Positions 19,045 to 28,661 of a stretch of 64,000 nt of DNA are shown in pieces. Under the pieces are notes generated by a model, which was given only the letters and a program-made list of their open reading frames with translations, was not told the DNA's origin and did not search any database. Location: the NCBI GenBank assembly GCA_037441675.1, contig JBBIRS010000001.1, positions 256,001-320,000 of the forward strand, written 5' to 3'. Position 1 is the stretch's first letter, and the number at the start of each line of letters is the position of its first letter. The stretch is from Planctomycetales bacterium. GTDB taxonomy: Bacteria > 4484-113. The position numbers were made by a program, and so were the translations under genes.

Positions 19045-20874
19045 ATGTATGAGAGCCTCGCGAATCTTTTTTCATCAATACTCCAAAATGTCCTAAAAAA
19101 GCTTGGTTTTGAGGAACAACCTGCCAGGCTCTCAAAGACGTCAACATTTCCCTCCACTCTTCCCTTTACACCCATCGTTCCGCCAAGAGAATGGGGCATT
19201 GCTTTCATCTTGCCTCAATTAGCAAAAGCAAATGCATTAAAACAAGTCGCAGAAGAGTTAAAGGCGGTCAAGGACTTGCCGGCAATTATCGCAAGATGCG
19301 AGGCGGAAGGGATTTATCTTAACCTCTACTTTGATCCAAAGCAGGCTTCTAACGAGGTCTTAAGCAAGATTTTATACTGCTACCATACCAATGACCACCT
19401 AAGCCTTTTTCAACAGGGAAAAAGAACGCGAGAACGCGTTATGATCGAATTCTCTCAGCCAAATACCCATAAGGAATTCCACGTTGGTCACTTGAGAAAT
19501 GTTCTCATTGGCAATGCGATTTCAAATTTATACTCCTTTCTAGGATATTCAGTGGTGCGTGCCAATTACTACGGCGACCACGGCATTCACATCGCCAAGA
19601 CGCTTTGGGGCTTCAAGAAGTTCTATAACTGCCAAATCCCAAGTGGTGTTGACCCCGCAGAATTCTTAGGTGAGGTTTATACACGCGCGGAAATTTCAAA
19701 CCGCGAAGCGGAAAACACTGAGGAGGGGAAAAAGATTGAAGAGGAGCAACTTGCAATTCTCGGAAATATTCTTCAAGACGGGACGGAGGAGAATAAACTT
19801 TGGCTAAAGACTCGCCAATACTTCCTTGCGAAATTCCGCGAAATCTACGAAGAGCTGGGAGTAAAGTTTGACGTTGAATTCTTTGAAAGCGAGGTGGAAA
19901 GGAAGGGTAGGGAGATTGTGAAAGAGCTTGTTGAAAGAGGCGTGGCGAGATGTGAAACTAGCGGTGAGTATGTTGGCACAATTTATGTGGATTTTTCTGA
20001 GCTCAACGCGCCACATCTCGGCAAAATGGTTCTGATTCGCTCCGACGGAACTAGCCTTTACCAGACAAAGGAGTTAGCCCTCGCCAAGGAAAAGTTCACG
20101 AGTTCATTCAAAGCCCGAGATGGTTCTGAAGGTGGAATTGACATTTCCCTTTACCTTGTGGGAAGCGAGCAGAAGCTTTACTTCCAACAACTTTTCAAAA
20201 TACTGGAAGCCTGGGGATTTCCCCAGGCAAAGAACTGTAAGCATGTATCTTATGAGCTTGTCCAGCTTGCGACAGGAAAGATGAGTAGTAGGGAGGGAAC
20301 TATTATCTCTTATAGCGATTTCCTAAACGAGGCAAAAGTGCGTGCGAGGAGGTTAACCGATGAGCGCGGCATCAGCGCCGATAAGGGAAACGTGTCCGCG
20401 CTTGTTGCTCTTGGCGCGATAAAATACGCCTTTCTCAAAGTAAGTCCAGATAAGCCTATTATCTTTGACTGGAATACCGCCCTCACCTTTGATGGCAACT
20501 CCGGCCCCTACATACAGTACGCCTACGCCCGTGCCAGAAAGCTCATTCTTGATTTTATCCCAAGCGTGCCTGATAACGCTTCTCTCATCAAAGATGGCGT
20601 TCATTTAACCGACGAGGAAATCTACCTTTGTCGTGTTCTGATGGATTTTCCAACAAAGTTGAAACAAGCTCTTTCAAGTTTCGCAGTTAGCATAATCTGC
20701 GGTTACATCTACGAACTTACGCGAGCCTTTACATCCTTTTACGATACCTGTCCAGTTCTCTCGTCAGATGAGCCTACCCGCACTTTTAGAAGAACCCTTG
20801 TCTTTTGCTTTGTTAGGGTGCTAGAGTGGTTAGCATCTGATATACTAGGGATTAAACTTCCGGAAGAGATGTAA
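19045..20874 (+). CDS. argS: Arginyl-tRNA synthetase
   Basis: EFSQPNTHKEFHVGHLRN (HIGH), GKMSSREG, GNSGPYIQYAYAR, C-terminal GIKLPEEM. Confidence 0.95.
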   Translation: MYESLANLFSSILQNVLKKLGFEEQPARLSKTSTFPSTLPFTPIVPPREWGIAFILPQLAKANALKQVAEELKAVKDLPAIIARCEAEGIYLNLYFDPKQASNEVLSKILYCYHTNDHLSLFQQGKRTRERVMIEFSQPNTHKEFHVGHLRNVLIGNAISNLYSFLGYSVVRANYYGDHGIHIAKTLWGFKKFYNCQIPSGVDPAEFLGEVYTRAEISNREAENTEEGKKIEEEQLAILGNILQDGTEENKLWLKTRQYFLAKFREIYEELGVKFDVEFFESEVERKGREIVKELVERGVARCETSGEYVGTIYVDFSELNAPHLGKMVLIRSDGTSLYQTKELALAKEKFTSSFKARDGSEGGIDISLYLVGSEQKLYFQQLFKILEAWGFPQAKNCKHVSYELVQLATGKMSSREGTIISYSDFLNEAKVRARRLTDERGISADKGNVSALVALGAIKYAFLKVSPDKPIIFDWNTALTFDGNSGPYIQYAYARARKLILDFIPSVPDNASLIKDGVHLTDEEIYLCRVLMDFPTKLKQALSSFAVSIICGYIYELTRAFTSFYDTCPVLSSDEPTRTFRRTLVFCFVRVLEWLASDILGIKLPEEM

Positions 20875-20876
20875 AG

Positions 20877-22637
20877 ATGGCGAGGCAGTATCGGACTTTT
20901 AATATAAGAAAACTAGTAAAGGCTCTTCAGGGTTTTTCAGTAAAGAGGGAAAGCCCAGGTGTTATCATCAACCGCCTTCTCTTAGATGCCTCTTACCTTC
21001 TGAAGCTTTCACCTGAGGAAGTGGAAGCGGAGTATGAGAAAAAGCCACTGCTCTTATTCGGCATACTAGAGATAAGTCAGCTTGCGTCACTATTTACGGT
21101 GGAAATAGTCAGTGATCGTGCATTTCTGGAGTACTTTCAAAAGCGCCCACCCACTTCTTCATTCCTTTTTTTCTTCTCTGAAGTTGAAGATTTATCTTAC
21201 TACTCGACCTCCGGTTTAAAAATCTACGTCGCTCAAGATCCAGCGGACATTGTCGCTTTTATTCAAAATGTTCTCAGGTATGCGCATCTTTTTTACAACT
21301 GGGCTCCTGGCGATATTTTTTCCCTTGGCAAAATTTTGCATACCAAGTTTCTTGCGGGTGCAGTAATCTGGAATGAGCCAGATGAGTTTGAATCTCATAT
21401 AATCCGAGCCCTATCAGCGCTGGATTTGCCTTTGTTCTCAAGAATCTCTTTGTATCCCTATCTCAACTATATAAACGTTGTTGATATGGACGATCTATTC
21501 AACAAGGTTCGTGCGTTAAAACCGACTATCGGAGCTCACAAGGCTAAAGGCGAAGGAGAATCTCAAAAGCTAAACACTTCACTTCCCAAGCCTAAAGTCT
21601 ACGGAGGCACATACTCTTCCTTCTTCGTTGTTCGGGAAATGGGTGGAACAGATGGCGTTGAAGTAAGGGGAAACGAGAGTGAGAACGTTGGCTTGATTGT
21701 GGATATTGGCGATAAAAACGTTGACATCACACTTTCTCATTATATTGAAGAAGATCTGATGCAAGTATTTTCCCACCATCCATGGATGCGTTTTTCTGAG
21801 GATAGTTTCTTTTCGATAACAGTTACAAAGGCAGATGTTGAACCGGTAGAGTTGGGAAGGGAAGTTTACGATAAACTGAAGGAGCGACTTCTCCTCAACC
21901 AAGTGGCGGTAAGCCTAATTTTTGATACCCCAAGGCTAACTACCTTAAAGCCGACAATATCTGCCTACCAGGAAGAGAGAAAAAATGCGCTTCAAAGGCG
22001 CTCCGACCTTGACGCTCCACTTCTAATCTGCACCTACTGCCAAAGGTACTGCAAGAATGGATTTTGCTTCGTATCAGTGAATCATCCGCCCCAGTGTGAA
22101 CTATCCTATGACGCAGTTCGCGCCTCTGCGCTTCTTACCAATTCAACCGAGGCGTTCTCTATTGAAAAAGGCGAAATAATAGATAAACAAAGACTTCAAT
22201 TCACTGGAGTTAACAAATTTGCCCGCATCCTATCCGAGGGAGAGATAAAGCATGTGAATCTGCAGTCCATCCTCGCAGACCCACCTCCAACAACTGCCTA
22301 CGCCCAGAATATTGCCTATCTGAATGAAGATGTTAGCGGAATACTTATCCTTTCAAGAGATTTTGAAGGTCTCTCGCCAGATAGAAAGACCTACTTTGGC
22401 TTATTAAAAGAAGTGGTGGGCGCGCAGGTTCCAGGGGTAATGGGGGTTTCGGACGCCTATCTTAAATCCAAAGAATTCCTCTCTTCCGAAGGTGGCCTAG
22501 GGCGAGTGGTGTGGATGCCTTCAGTCCTAAAGAAACGTCTTGGATTTGAAAGTTTTCTTCACATAGCCACAGAACGTGAGTGTAATAATATGCTCCTTCT
22601 AAAAGCTTTTCTTAAGGAGCGTGGATTCTCTTTTTAA
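20877..22637 (+). CDS. Divergent AcsB/CdhC (acetyl-CoA synthase) homologue lacking the Ni-binding CGC motif
   Basis: Collinear with bacterial AcsB: CTYC-x8-C-x9-C, SRDFEGLSP, GAQVPGVMGV, KSKEFLSSEGGLGRVVWMP, IATE. PMTSCGCFE is replaced by PPPTTAYAQ. Confidence 0.8.
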   Translation: MARQYRTFNIRKLVKALQGFSVKRESPGVIINRLLLDASYLLKLSPEEVEAEYEKKPLLLFGILEISQLASLFTVEIVSDRAFLEYFQKRPPTSSFLFFFSEVEDLSYYSTSGLKIYVAQDPADIVAFIQNVLRYAHLFYNWAPGDIFSLGKILHTKFLAGAVIWNEPDEFESHIIRALSALDLPLFSRISLYPYLNYINVVDMDDLFNKVRALKPTIGAHKAKGEGESQKLNTSLPKPKVYGGTYSSFFVVREMGGTDGVEVRGNESENVGLIVDIGDKNVDITLSHYIEEDLMQVFSHHPWMRFSEDSFFSITVTKADVEPVELGREVYDKLKERLLLNQVAVSLIFDTPRLTTLKPTISAYQEERKNALQRRSDLDAPLLICTYCQRYCKNGFCFVSVNHPPQCELSYDAVRASALLTNSTEAFSIEKGEIIDKQRLQFTGVNKFARILSEGEIKHVNLQSILADPPPTTAYAQNIAYLNEDVSGILILSRDFEGLSPDRKTYFGLLKEVVGAQVPGVMGVSDAYLKSKEFLSSEGGLGRVVWMPSVLKKRLGFESFLHIATERECNNMLLLKAFLKERGFSF

Positions 22638-22640
22638 CCT

Positions 22641-23462
22641 ATGAACGATCATCAATTCTTACTTCCAAAGAGTAAACTCAGGGTCTGCGCACTTCAGTTA
22701 TCCTTATTCGCAAACTCAGTTCAAGATAATCTTTCAAAAATCAAAATGCACCTAAGCGAAATAGAATCGGGTTCAGTTGACCTTGTAGTCGTGCCCGAGC
22801 TTGCCAACACCTTTTACAATTATGAGGTAATAGAGTCGTTGGAAGAGGGTGAAGAGGAGGAATTTCTTTCTCCGCTTCAATCATTCTGTAAAGAAAAGAA
22901 TTCTGTGCTGGTAGTGGGATTAGCAGTACGTGAGGGTGGGTGTCTGAGAAACCGAGCTTATTTCATAAGTTCCGATGGCACGGTTAAAGGTCATTACGAC
23001 AAAATGCACTTAATATCACTCCTCGATGAGGATCTTCACTTCACGCCTGGAAATTCAACAAAAATCTTTGATGTTAAAGATTGGAAAGTTGGAATTGGGA
23101 TTTGTTTTGATATCAGATTTCCCGAGCTTTTCATAAATTATGCTCTTGATAATTGCAATCTGATTGTCCTTCCAGCTTGTTTTCCATATGAGCGTAGGAA
23201 CCATTGGCGCCATCTCAACTTAGCTCGTGCCCAGGAAGGACAGTTCTTCTTTCTTGGTGCAAATATGGGTGGAACCGGCTCTACAAAATGGGGCGATAAA
23301 ACTTACGGTGGAAGCATTCTTGCCTCGCCCGATTCCTGCCCAATCGCGGAGTTACCCTGGGGAAGCGAGGGAATCCTTACTTGCGAGATTGACCCGAAGG
23401 AAATTGCTATTCAAAAGTCACTCTTTGATCTAATGGCTAATCGTAATCGCCCGCCACTCTGA
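22641..23462 (+). CDS. Nitrilase / carbon-nitrogen hydrolase family (Nit/omega-amidase-like)
   Basis: Glu-Lys-Cys triad motifs VVPEL, YDKMHL and ICFDIRFPE. Confidence 0.9.
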   Translation: MNDHQFLLPKSKLRVCALQLSLFANSVQDNLSKIKMHLSEIESGSVDLVVVPELANTFYNYEVIESLEEGEEEEFLSPLQSFCKEKNSVLVVGLAVREGGCLRNRAYFISSDGTVKGHYDKMHLISLLDEDLHFTPGNSTKIFDVKDWKVGIGICFDIRFPELFINYALDNCNLIVLPACFPYERRNHWRHLNLARAQEGQFFFLGANMGGTGSTKWGDKTYGGSILASPDSCPIAELPWGSEGILTCEIDPKEIAIQKSLFDLMANRNRPPL

Positions 23463-23522
23463 GAAGGGTTTATTATGAACGCAGTCCCTTAATCTAACTG
23501 CCGAAGATGATTCTCAATATGT

Positions 23523-25688
23523 TCACTTTGGATTTATTCCGCCCTGTCCTGATGTTTTTTGTTTGGTTGCCTCTTTTGGTTGAATGTTGATGGGAATCAC
23601 TTTCATATTGTATATCACCCACTTCGTAGGGACACTGATCTTAAATTCTCTCTCTTCCTTCTCTTCCTCGCTTTTTTCATCGTTCTTCTTGTCTTGGTTA
23701 GGTTGAGGCGGTTCCATAGGCTTCATAATGCTTACCACAACCTCGTTATTTAGGGGCGTTGCAAGAGCCTTTTCAATTATCTTATCTAAGTCATGAAGCG
23801 TAGAATCAACATTTACAAATGCCCCAGAACCAAAAAGCATTTTCCCCTTTCCGCCAAACTCGTTAAGAAGCGAAACGAGTGAACCGCCTCCACGGATATA
23901 TAAATTTGTCATGCCAATGGGAAAATCCTCCGGAATAGTCACATAAATCTTTTCGAAGATTGGTTCCTGCCTAAAGGGTTGTAGTCTAACTTCAATTTCA
24001 AGTGTCTCACCCGGATAAACGGTTTTAGGAGGTTCAGCATAAGGATAGCCACCCATCTCGCCTTCCTGCGGTGGGGGAGGCTCTACCATTTGCTGTAAAG
24101 GAGCTTGCAATGGGCTTCCGATGCCTTCTATCTGGTCTTCTTCTTCCCCTTCTCCTTCTGATTCATTTTCTTTTTGTTCTTCGGGACTTTTTTCTTCCGT
24201 GCCCTCTTTGGCTTCCTCAACCTGCTCTCCCTGACCCTGTTCCGCTTCCTTCTTCTCTGCTTCCTTTGCCTTATCCTTTTCAGTTACGATCTTTGCGTCG
24301 TCAATGCTTGCGTTAACCCTATTGCGGGTAAAGTCTATCTTGATGTTGAACTCAGTTATCTTCACCTCGCGGTAGATGTTATTCGTAAGAAGCGATGCAA
24401 AGGGTAGAGCCTCATCCCATAGTATGTTCACAGGTGAAATCTCATCATAAAAGTAATTAGTTCTTTTAACTGGTTCTTTCAAGCCGATACCATTAATGTA
24501 AAACTCTAGCCGAGTAGTTCCGCCTTTAGCCATATCAACGACTCGAGTAAAAGCCTCGCTTACCACAAACCCAATCAAGATATCCGAGAGGAATGGTTCT
24601 CGGACAACCTCAGCGTTAAACTCCCTTGACCGTCTTAGGTCTATGTCATTTACCACAACCTTGATAGGCAGAAGGTCTGCTTTCTCGCCAATAAGTCCAC
24701 CAACCGCGCTCAATCTATCGCTGGTTATTGCGCCTACTGAGTTTAACCTAAAACCGTCCTTGTAGGCTCGCTCTACGCTTTTGTTTGTGTAGGCTATGTA
24801 AGCTTTTCCCATGGAAAGAGAAGTATCACCGGATAGAAGAAAAGGATGCCCGAAGGCTAATACCTGTCCCATCTCATCAACATAGGTAACAGTTCCCACT
24901 GCGGATAGCTCAATATCACCATGCACCAATGAGACCGCAAGGGCATCACCGGGTTTAAGCGGAGTGTCTTTAGCTGGGTCATAGAGCAAGCCCTTGCCCT
25001 GAAATGAACCACCAGGTGCTCCCCCTACAACTTCAACAAACGGGTTATCCTTAAGTGCTTCTCGCAATAGTTCAATGGACTTTTGATTCGCGGAACGAAC
25101 GATTAGCGGTGCTGCCAGTGGTTTCAACTGAAGAGAGGTGTTATTTTTGTTGAACTGTTGTGATAAATCTTGAGGTGATTCACTCGGCGGTAGTGGGTTT
25201 TCGTCATTTGAGCTTCCCGGTAAGAGTAGAAACCCCGACTTCCTTTTAGTTTTTGGTTCAGGAATAACGGTATTTCCAGAGTAGTCAACCTTGCCCCGCC
25301 TGGGCAGAGCTGAAAGCATACTTGTAATTGGTGTTATTCCGCCAATATGAGTATCGCTAAATGGCACAGCGGTGGATACTGCCCCTAGAAGTTTCCCATC
25401 TATATACACGGGACTGCCGGAGTAACCCGCTGCAATACCATTACTCATTTCCACAACTGGTCCACTAAATCGCGCTAGGATGAGTGGCCCGCCATCAAAT
25501 CCAGCATTTGGCAAAACGTCAATAATTTCCACGTCAAAAGTTTCAACTTTAACTCCCCGTATCACCGTTTTGCCAATGCCTTTCTGCCCAACTTTAAGTT
25601 GTTCTAAGGGATAGAAATCTACCCCTGCTAACGCTTCAATGCTGAAAAGATTTATTAGTAATAGTAGTAATAGACCAACTTTTCTCAT
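23523..25688 (-). CDS. Secreted SpoIVB-like S55 serine peptidase
   Basis: Signal peptide; GIAAGYSGSPVYIDGKLLGAV, GTVTYV and LAFGHP motifs; acidic insert. Confidence 0.85.
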   Translation of the reverse strand: MRKVGLLLLLLINLFSIEALAGVDFYPLEQLKVGQKGIGKTVIRGVKVETFDVEIIDVLPNAGFDGGPLILARFSGPVVEMSNGIAAGYSGSPVYIDGKLLGAVSTAVPFSDTHIGGITPITSMLSALPRRGKVDYSGNTVIPEPKTKRKSGFLLLPGSSNDENPLPPSESPQDLSQQFNKNNTSLQLKPLAAPLIVRSANQKSIELLREALKDNPFVEVVGGAPGGSFQGKGLLYDPAKDTPLKPGDALAVSLVHGDIELSAVGTVTYVDEMGQVLAFGHPFLLSGDTSLSMGKAYIAYTNKSVERAYKDGFRLNSVGAITSDRLSAVGGLIGEKADLLPIKVVVNDIDLRRSREFNAEVVREPFLSDILIGFVVSEAFTRVVDMAKGGTTRLEFYINGIGLKEPVKRTNYFYDEISPVNILWDEALPFASLLTNNIYREVKITEFNIKIDFTRNRVNASIDDAKIVTEKDKAKEAEKKEAEQGQGEQVEEAKEGTEEKSPEEQKENESEGEGEEEDQIEGIGSPLQAPLQQMVEPPPPQEGEMGGYPYAEPPKTVYPGETLEIEVRLQPFRQEPIFEKIYVTIPEDFPIGMTNLYIRGGGSLVSLLNEFGGKGKMLFGSGAFVNVDSTLHDLDKIIEKALATPLNNEVVVSIMKPMEPPQPNQDKKNDEKSEEEKEEREFKISVPTKWVIYNMKVIPINIQPKEATKQKTSGQGGINPK

Positions 25689-25805
25689 AGCTTTATCCTT
25701 AAAAGAGTTTTCAAGATAATGTTAGTTTACAAGAGTGCTTTCGTCAACAAGTAAAAGCTTAATGAAATTTATTAAAAGTTATTTACGTGCCTGCTTAAAT
25801 GTATG

Positions 25806-25845
25806 AAAAGAAAACAGCCCCCCGGTAGAGACCGAGGGGCTGTTT
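25806..25845 (-). terminator. Rho-independent terminator of the pilin gene
   Basis: AAACAGCCCC...GGGGCTGTTT hairpin followed on the minus strand by a U-rich run (TTTTCTTTT). Confidence 0.75.
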
Positions 25846-25874
25846 GGAGCAATCTCCCATAAAGGGGTTTAAGG

Positions 25875-26900
25875 CTACTCGCGTCCGCCCTTGGTGTCCT
25901 CACCTGGAACAAGAACTAGCACGATTCCATCGCGAACGCCGTTCGGATTGCCGTAAGCGAGCTGATCAACAGACTCGCCGGGCCTTGCAGAGCTATAGGG
26001 AGAACCCAGATACCTATTGGTTGCCTGGTCCCTATCCTCTCTGGTTGAACGCGTCCATGACGGAATTTCAAAACGTGCACCAGTCTGTCCACCAGCGCCT
26101 CCGCGTGAAGTCTGGAACTGGATAGTAGGCTCAGGTCCTAGAATGTCCTTGCCCTTTGTGCGGATTGCGCCATATCCACCGAGCATGTACTGGTCAATTG
26201 AAGTTGGGATAACTGGCTCGTCCGCCCTAAAGGTAGACTCTCTAGCGACCATAACTGGCCCTGCCGACTTGTAGAAAAACTCGCCTGGGAGGAATGGATT
26301 AGGCTTGTTAGCTCTCCACATGTCCCAGAACTTGTACTCTTGATCGGCATAGGAATTAAACGTGATTTGCCGGCCAGTTGAACGATCGGTAACGACGTAA
26401 TTGATGAACCTTAAATCCGCCAAGACGTTACCCATCAAGACGCAGTAAGGACCAAATCTTGTTCCCTGAATGGAGGAACGGTCAGTGGTCCCGTTGCGAA
26501 GGGGGTCATTAACCTCTTCCTGAAACCTGTGTATTGCATAACCATTGGTTGCAAATGGGTTCTTTGGATAGGAGTCAATGTAACCCTTTCTCAATAGCGG
26601 ATCAGAGAGGTTCTGCCGATCATCAACATCTCTAATGTTAATGAAAGGATTTGCGGAAACACCTTGAATCTGAGAGTATTTTCCCTGTCCACCAATTAGG
26701 TAATCAGGATAAAACCCGCCGGTATCAACCGCAAATCTCTCCACAGAGAGTTGAATGTTGTGCAGGTTACTCTTAACCTCCGCTTCCTTCGCTTTGTCCT
26801 TTACCTTGATGTAGTTCGGTAGGGCTATGGCTGCGAGGATACCAATAATTACTATGACTACGAGTAGCTCAATTAGGGTGAAACCCTTTCGACTCATCAA
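25875..26900 (-). CDS. Type IV pilin / pseudopilin (N-methylation motif)
   Basis: RKG|FTLIELLVVIVIIGILAAIALP class III signal peptide; GGAGGTG RBS. Confidence 0.9.
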   Translation of the reverse strand: MMSRKGFTLIELLVVIVIIGILAAIALPNYIKVKDKAKEAEVKSNLHNIQLSVERFAVDTGGFYPDYLIGGQGKYSQIQGVSANPFINIRDVDDRQNLSDPLLRKGYIDSYPKNPFATNGYAIHRFQEEVNDPLRNGTTDRSSIQGTRFGPYCVLMGNVLADLRFINYVVTDRSTGRQITFNSYADQEYKFWDMWRANKPNPFLPGEFFYKSAGPVMVARESTFRADEPVIPTSIDQYMLGGYGAIRTKGKDILGPEPTIQFQTSRGGAGGQTGARFEIPSWTRSTREDRDQATNRYLGSPYSSARPGESVDQLAYGNPNGVRDGIVLVLVPGEDTKGGRE

Positions 26901-26977
26901 ATGTTCACCTCCTACAAAATCTTACAATCATTCTGGACGCAAAATACCCTTTTGGGAGGCTACTCCCCGTCACAAAT

Positions 26978-27006
26978 AATGTAACACAGCTTTAGCATTT
27001 CGTCAA
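26978..27006 (-). promoter_or_regulatory. Sigma-70-type promoter of the pilin gene
   Basis: Minus strand TTGACG-N17-TACATT. Confidence 0.5.
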
Positions 27007-27142
27007 TGTGGATTCGGAAAAAATCGCAAAGAAAATTAGTTCTGAAATAACTTGAGCTTTTCAACAATTGAGCGTTCCACTCTAAAAGAGCGCGCGAAAA
27101 ATCTCAACGTTTCAACTATGTGGCAGTTTAATTGTAAAAATC

Positions 27143-28360
27143 TTATCTAATCACATCTACCAGCTTGAAGATTGGAAGGTACAGTGAGATAACAATGGTT
27201 CCCACAACCGCGCCAATAATCATAATCATCACAGGCTCAATAATGCTGGCTAGTCCTCTAATTGTGGCGTCAATCTCTTGGTCGTAATAATCGGAAATCT
27301 TATAGAGTATGTCTTCAAGGTTACCAGCCTCTTCGCCAACCGCAATCAAGTTCGTCACAATCGGCGGGAAAACACCTGTTCGTTTCATTGGCGCGTGAAT
27401 GGACTCTCCTTCCCTAATTCTTTCCCTAATGTACATTATTGCTCTTTGCACGACGTTGTTGCTCGCAGTGTTTTTTGCCACCTCTAAAGCCTCTAGGATT
27501 GGCACGCCTGATTGTGTCAGTGTCCCAAACGTCCTCGTGAACCTTGTAATTGCTACTTTTCTTGCCAGAGGACCGAAAATTGGTATTCTAAGGATTATGG
27601 GGTCAAAGATAATGTGTCCCCACTTGGAATGTCGAAAACGATAGAAAAGCACTAGGAAAACCGGAATTGTTAGCAGGTAGTACCAGTTGTTCACGAGCCA
27701 GTCGCTAAGCGCCAACATTCTTCTCGTAAGCTCCGGTAGTTGCGTTTCACCCTCTGAAAGTTCCTCATAAAAGGCTGCAAACTGTGGCACTATGTATAAA
27801 AGCATAAATAATGAAATCGCGGTCGCAAATGTCAAGACCACGATTGGGTAAACCATGGCGCTCTTAACTTTATGCCTCAGCTCTAGCTCTTTTTCATAAA
27901 AGACCGCAACCCTTTCGAGAATCTTGTCCAATGCACCACCAATTTCACCTGCCTGAACCATTGATACGAAAAATGCTGAAAAGGCGCGAGGATGTTTTTT
28001 CATTGCTTGATGCAAGGTTTCTCCGCCCTGGATGTCCATTTTGATTTTGTGAAGTATGGAGCGAAAACTTGAGTTTTGCGTTTGTTCCTCAATTGTATCA
28101 ATTGCCTCCGCAAGTGTTAATCCAGCATTTAGAAGTAGCGCAAACTGTCTGGAGAAAAGCGTGAGCTCTTTAAGTCCAATTCGGAATAACTTTTCAATTA
28201 TTATCAGAGGATTAAATGGTCTTCTCTTTTCAACGATGCGGACTACAAAGAAACCCTCGTTTCTTAGGGCTTCCATCACCGCACGTGGATTATCCGCCTC
28301 AACCGAGCTCTGTATAACTTTGCCCGCAGAATCTCTTGCAGTGTATACAAAAGTTCTCAT
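27143..28360 (-). CDS. pilC: Type IV pilus platform protein PilC (GspF family)
   Basis: FSRQFALLLNAGL, AGEIGGALD, AMVYP, VGEEAGNLE and LYLPIF motifs. Confidence 0.92.
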   Translation of the reverse strand: MRTFVYTARDSAGKVIQSSVEADNPRAVMEALRNEGFFVVRIVEKRRPFNPLIIIEKLFRIGLKELTLFSRQFALLLNAGLTLAEAIDTIEEQTQNSSFRSILHKIKMDIQGGETLHQAMKKHPRAFSAFFVSMVQAGEIGGALDKILERVAVFYEKELELRHKVKSAMVYPIVVLTFATAISLFMLLYIVPQFAAFYEELSEGETQLPELTRRMLALSDWLVNNWYYLLTIPVFLVLFYRFRHSKWGHIIFDPIILRIPIFGPLARKVAITRFTRTFGTLTQSGVPILEALEVAKNTASNNVVQRAIMYIRERIREGESIHAPMKRTGVFPPIVTNLIAVGEEAGNLEDILYKISDYYDQEIDATIRGLASIIEPVMIMIIGAVVGTIVISLYLPIFKLVDVIR

Positions 28361-28661
28361 CTACTTTAGATAACCTCCGAAAAAGTTTTACATTCTATTA
28401 TACCTCAAAAGCGCCCTGCCTAAATTCTAAAACTTCAAAAATCTCGTAAGTACCAAACTCAAGTATCCCACACACCGCCAAACTTCCAAATATAAAGCTA
28501 TCCATTCACGCGCATATCCAGAATAGCCGATGCGTCTCAGCGCTAGCGAAAAAACTGAAAGAGAAGGGTCGCACTATCCTGCCCGCAGGTGGAAAGCCCC
28601 CCAACGGTTAAGAATTTTGAAAACTATCTGGCAAAGCTTGACTAGAATTACGACCATCCTA

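Noticed and set aside
20877..22637. Functional Wood-Ljungdahl acetyl-CoA synthase
   Set aside because: The Ni-binding Cys-Gly-Cys is missing and no CODH, corrinoid protein or methyltransferase genes are nearby.
23523..25688. Sporulation locus
   Set aside because: The S55 domain comes without the SpoIVB PDZ layout or any spo neighbours, and such proteins occur in non-sporulating bacteria.
28380..28660. c-di-GMP riboswitch or small gene upstream of pilC
   Set aside because: No matching aptamer motifs on the coding strand and only short unconvincing frames.
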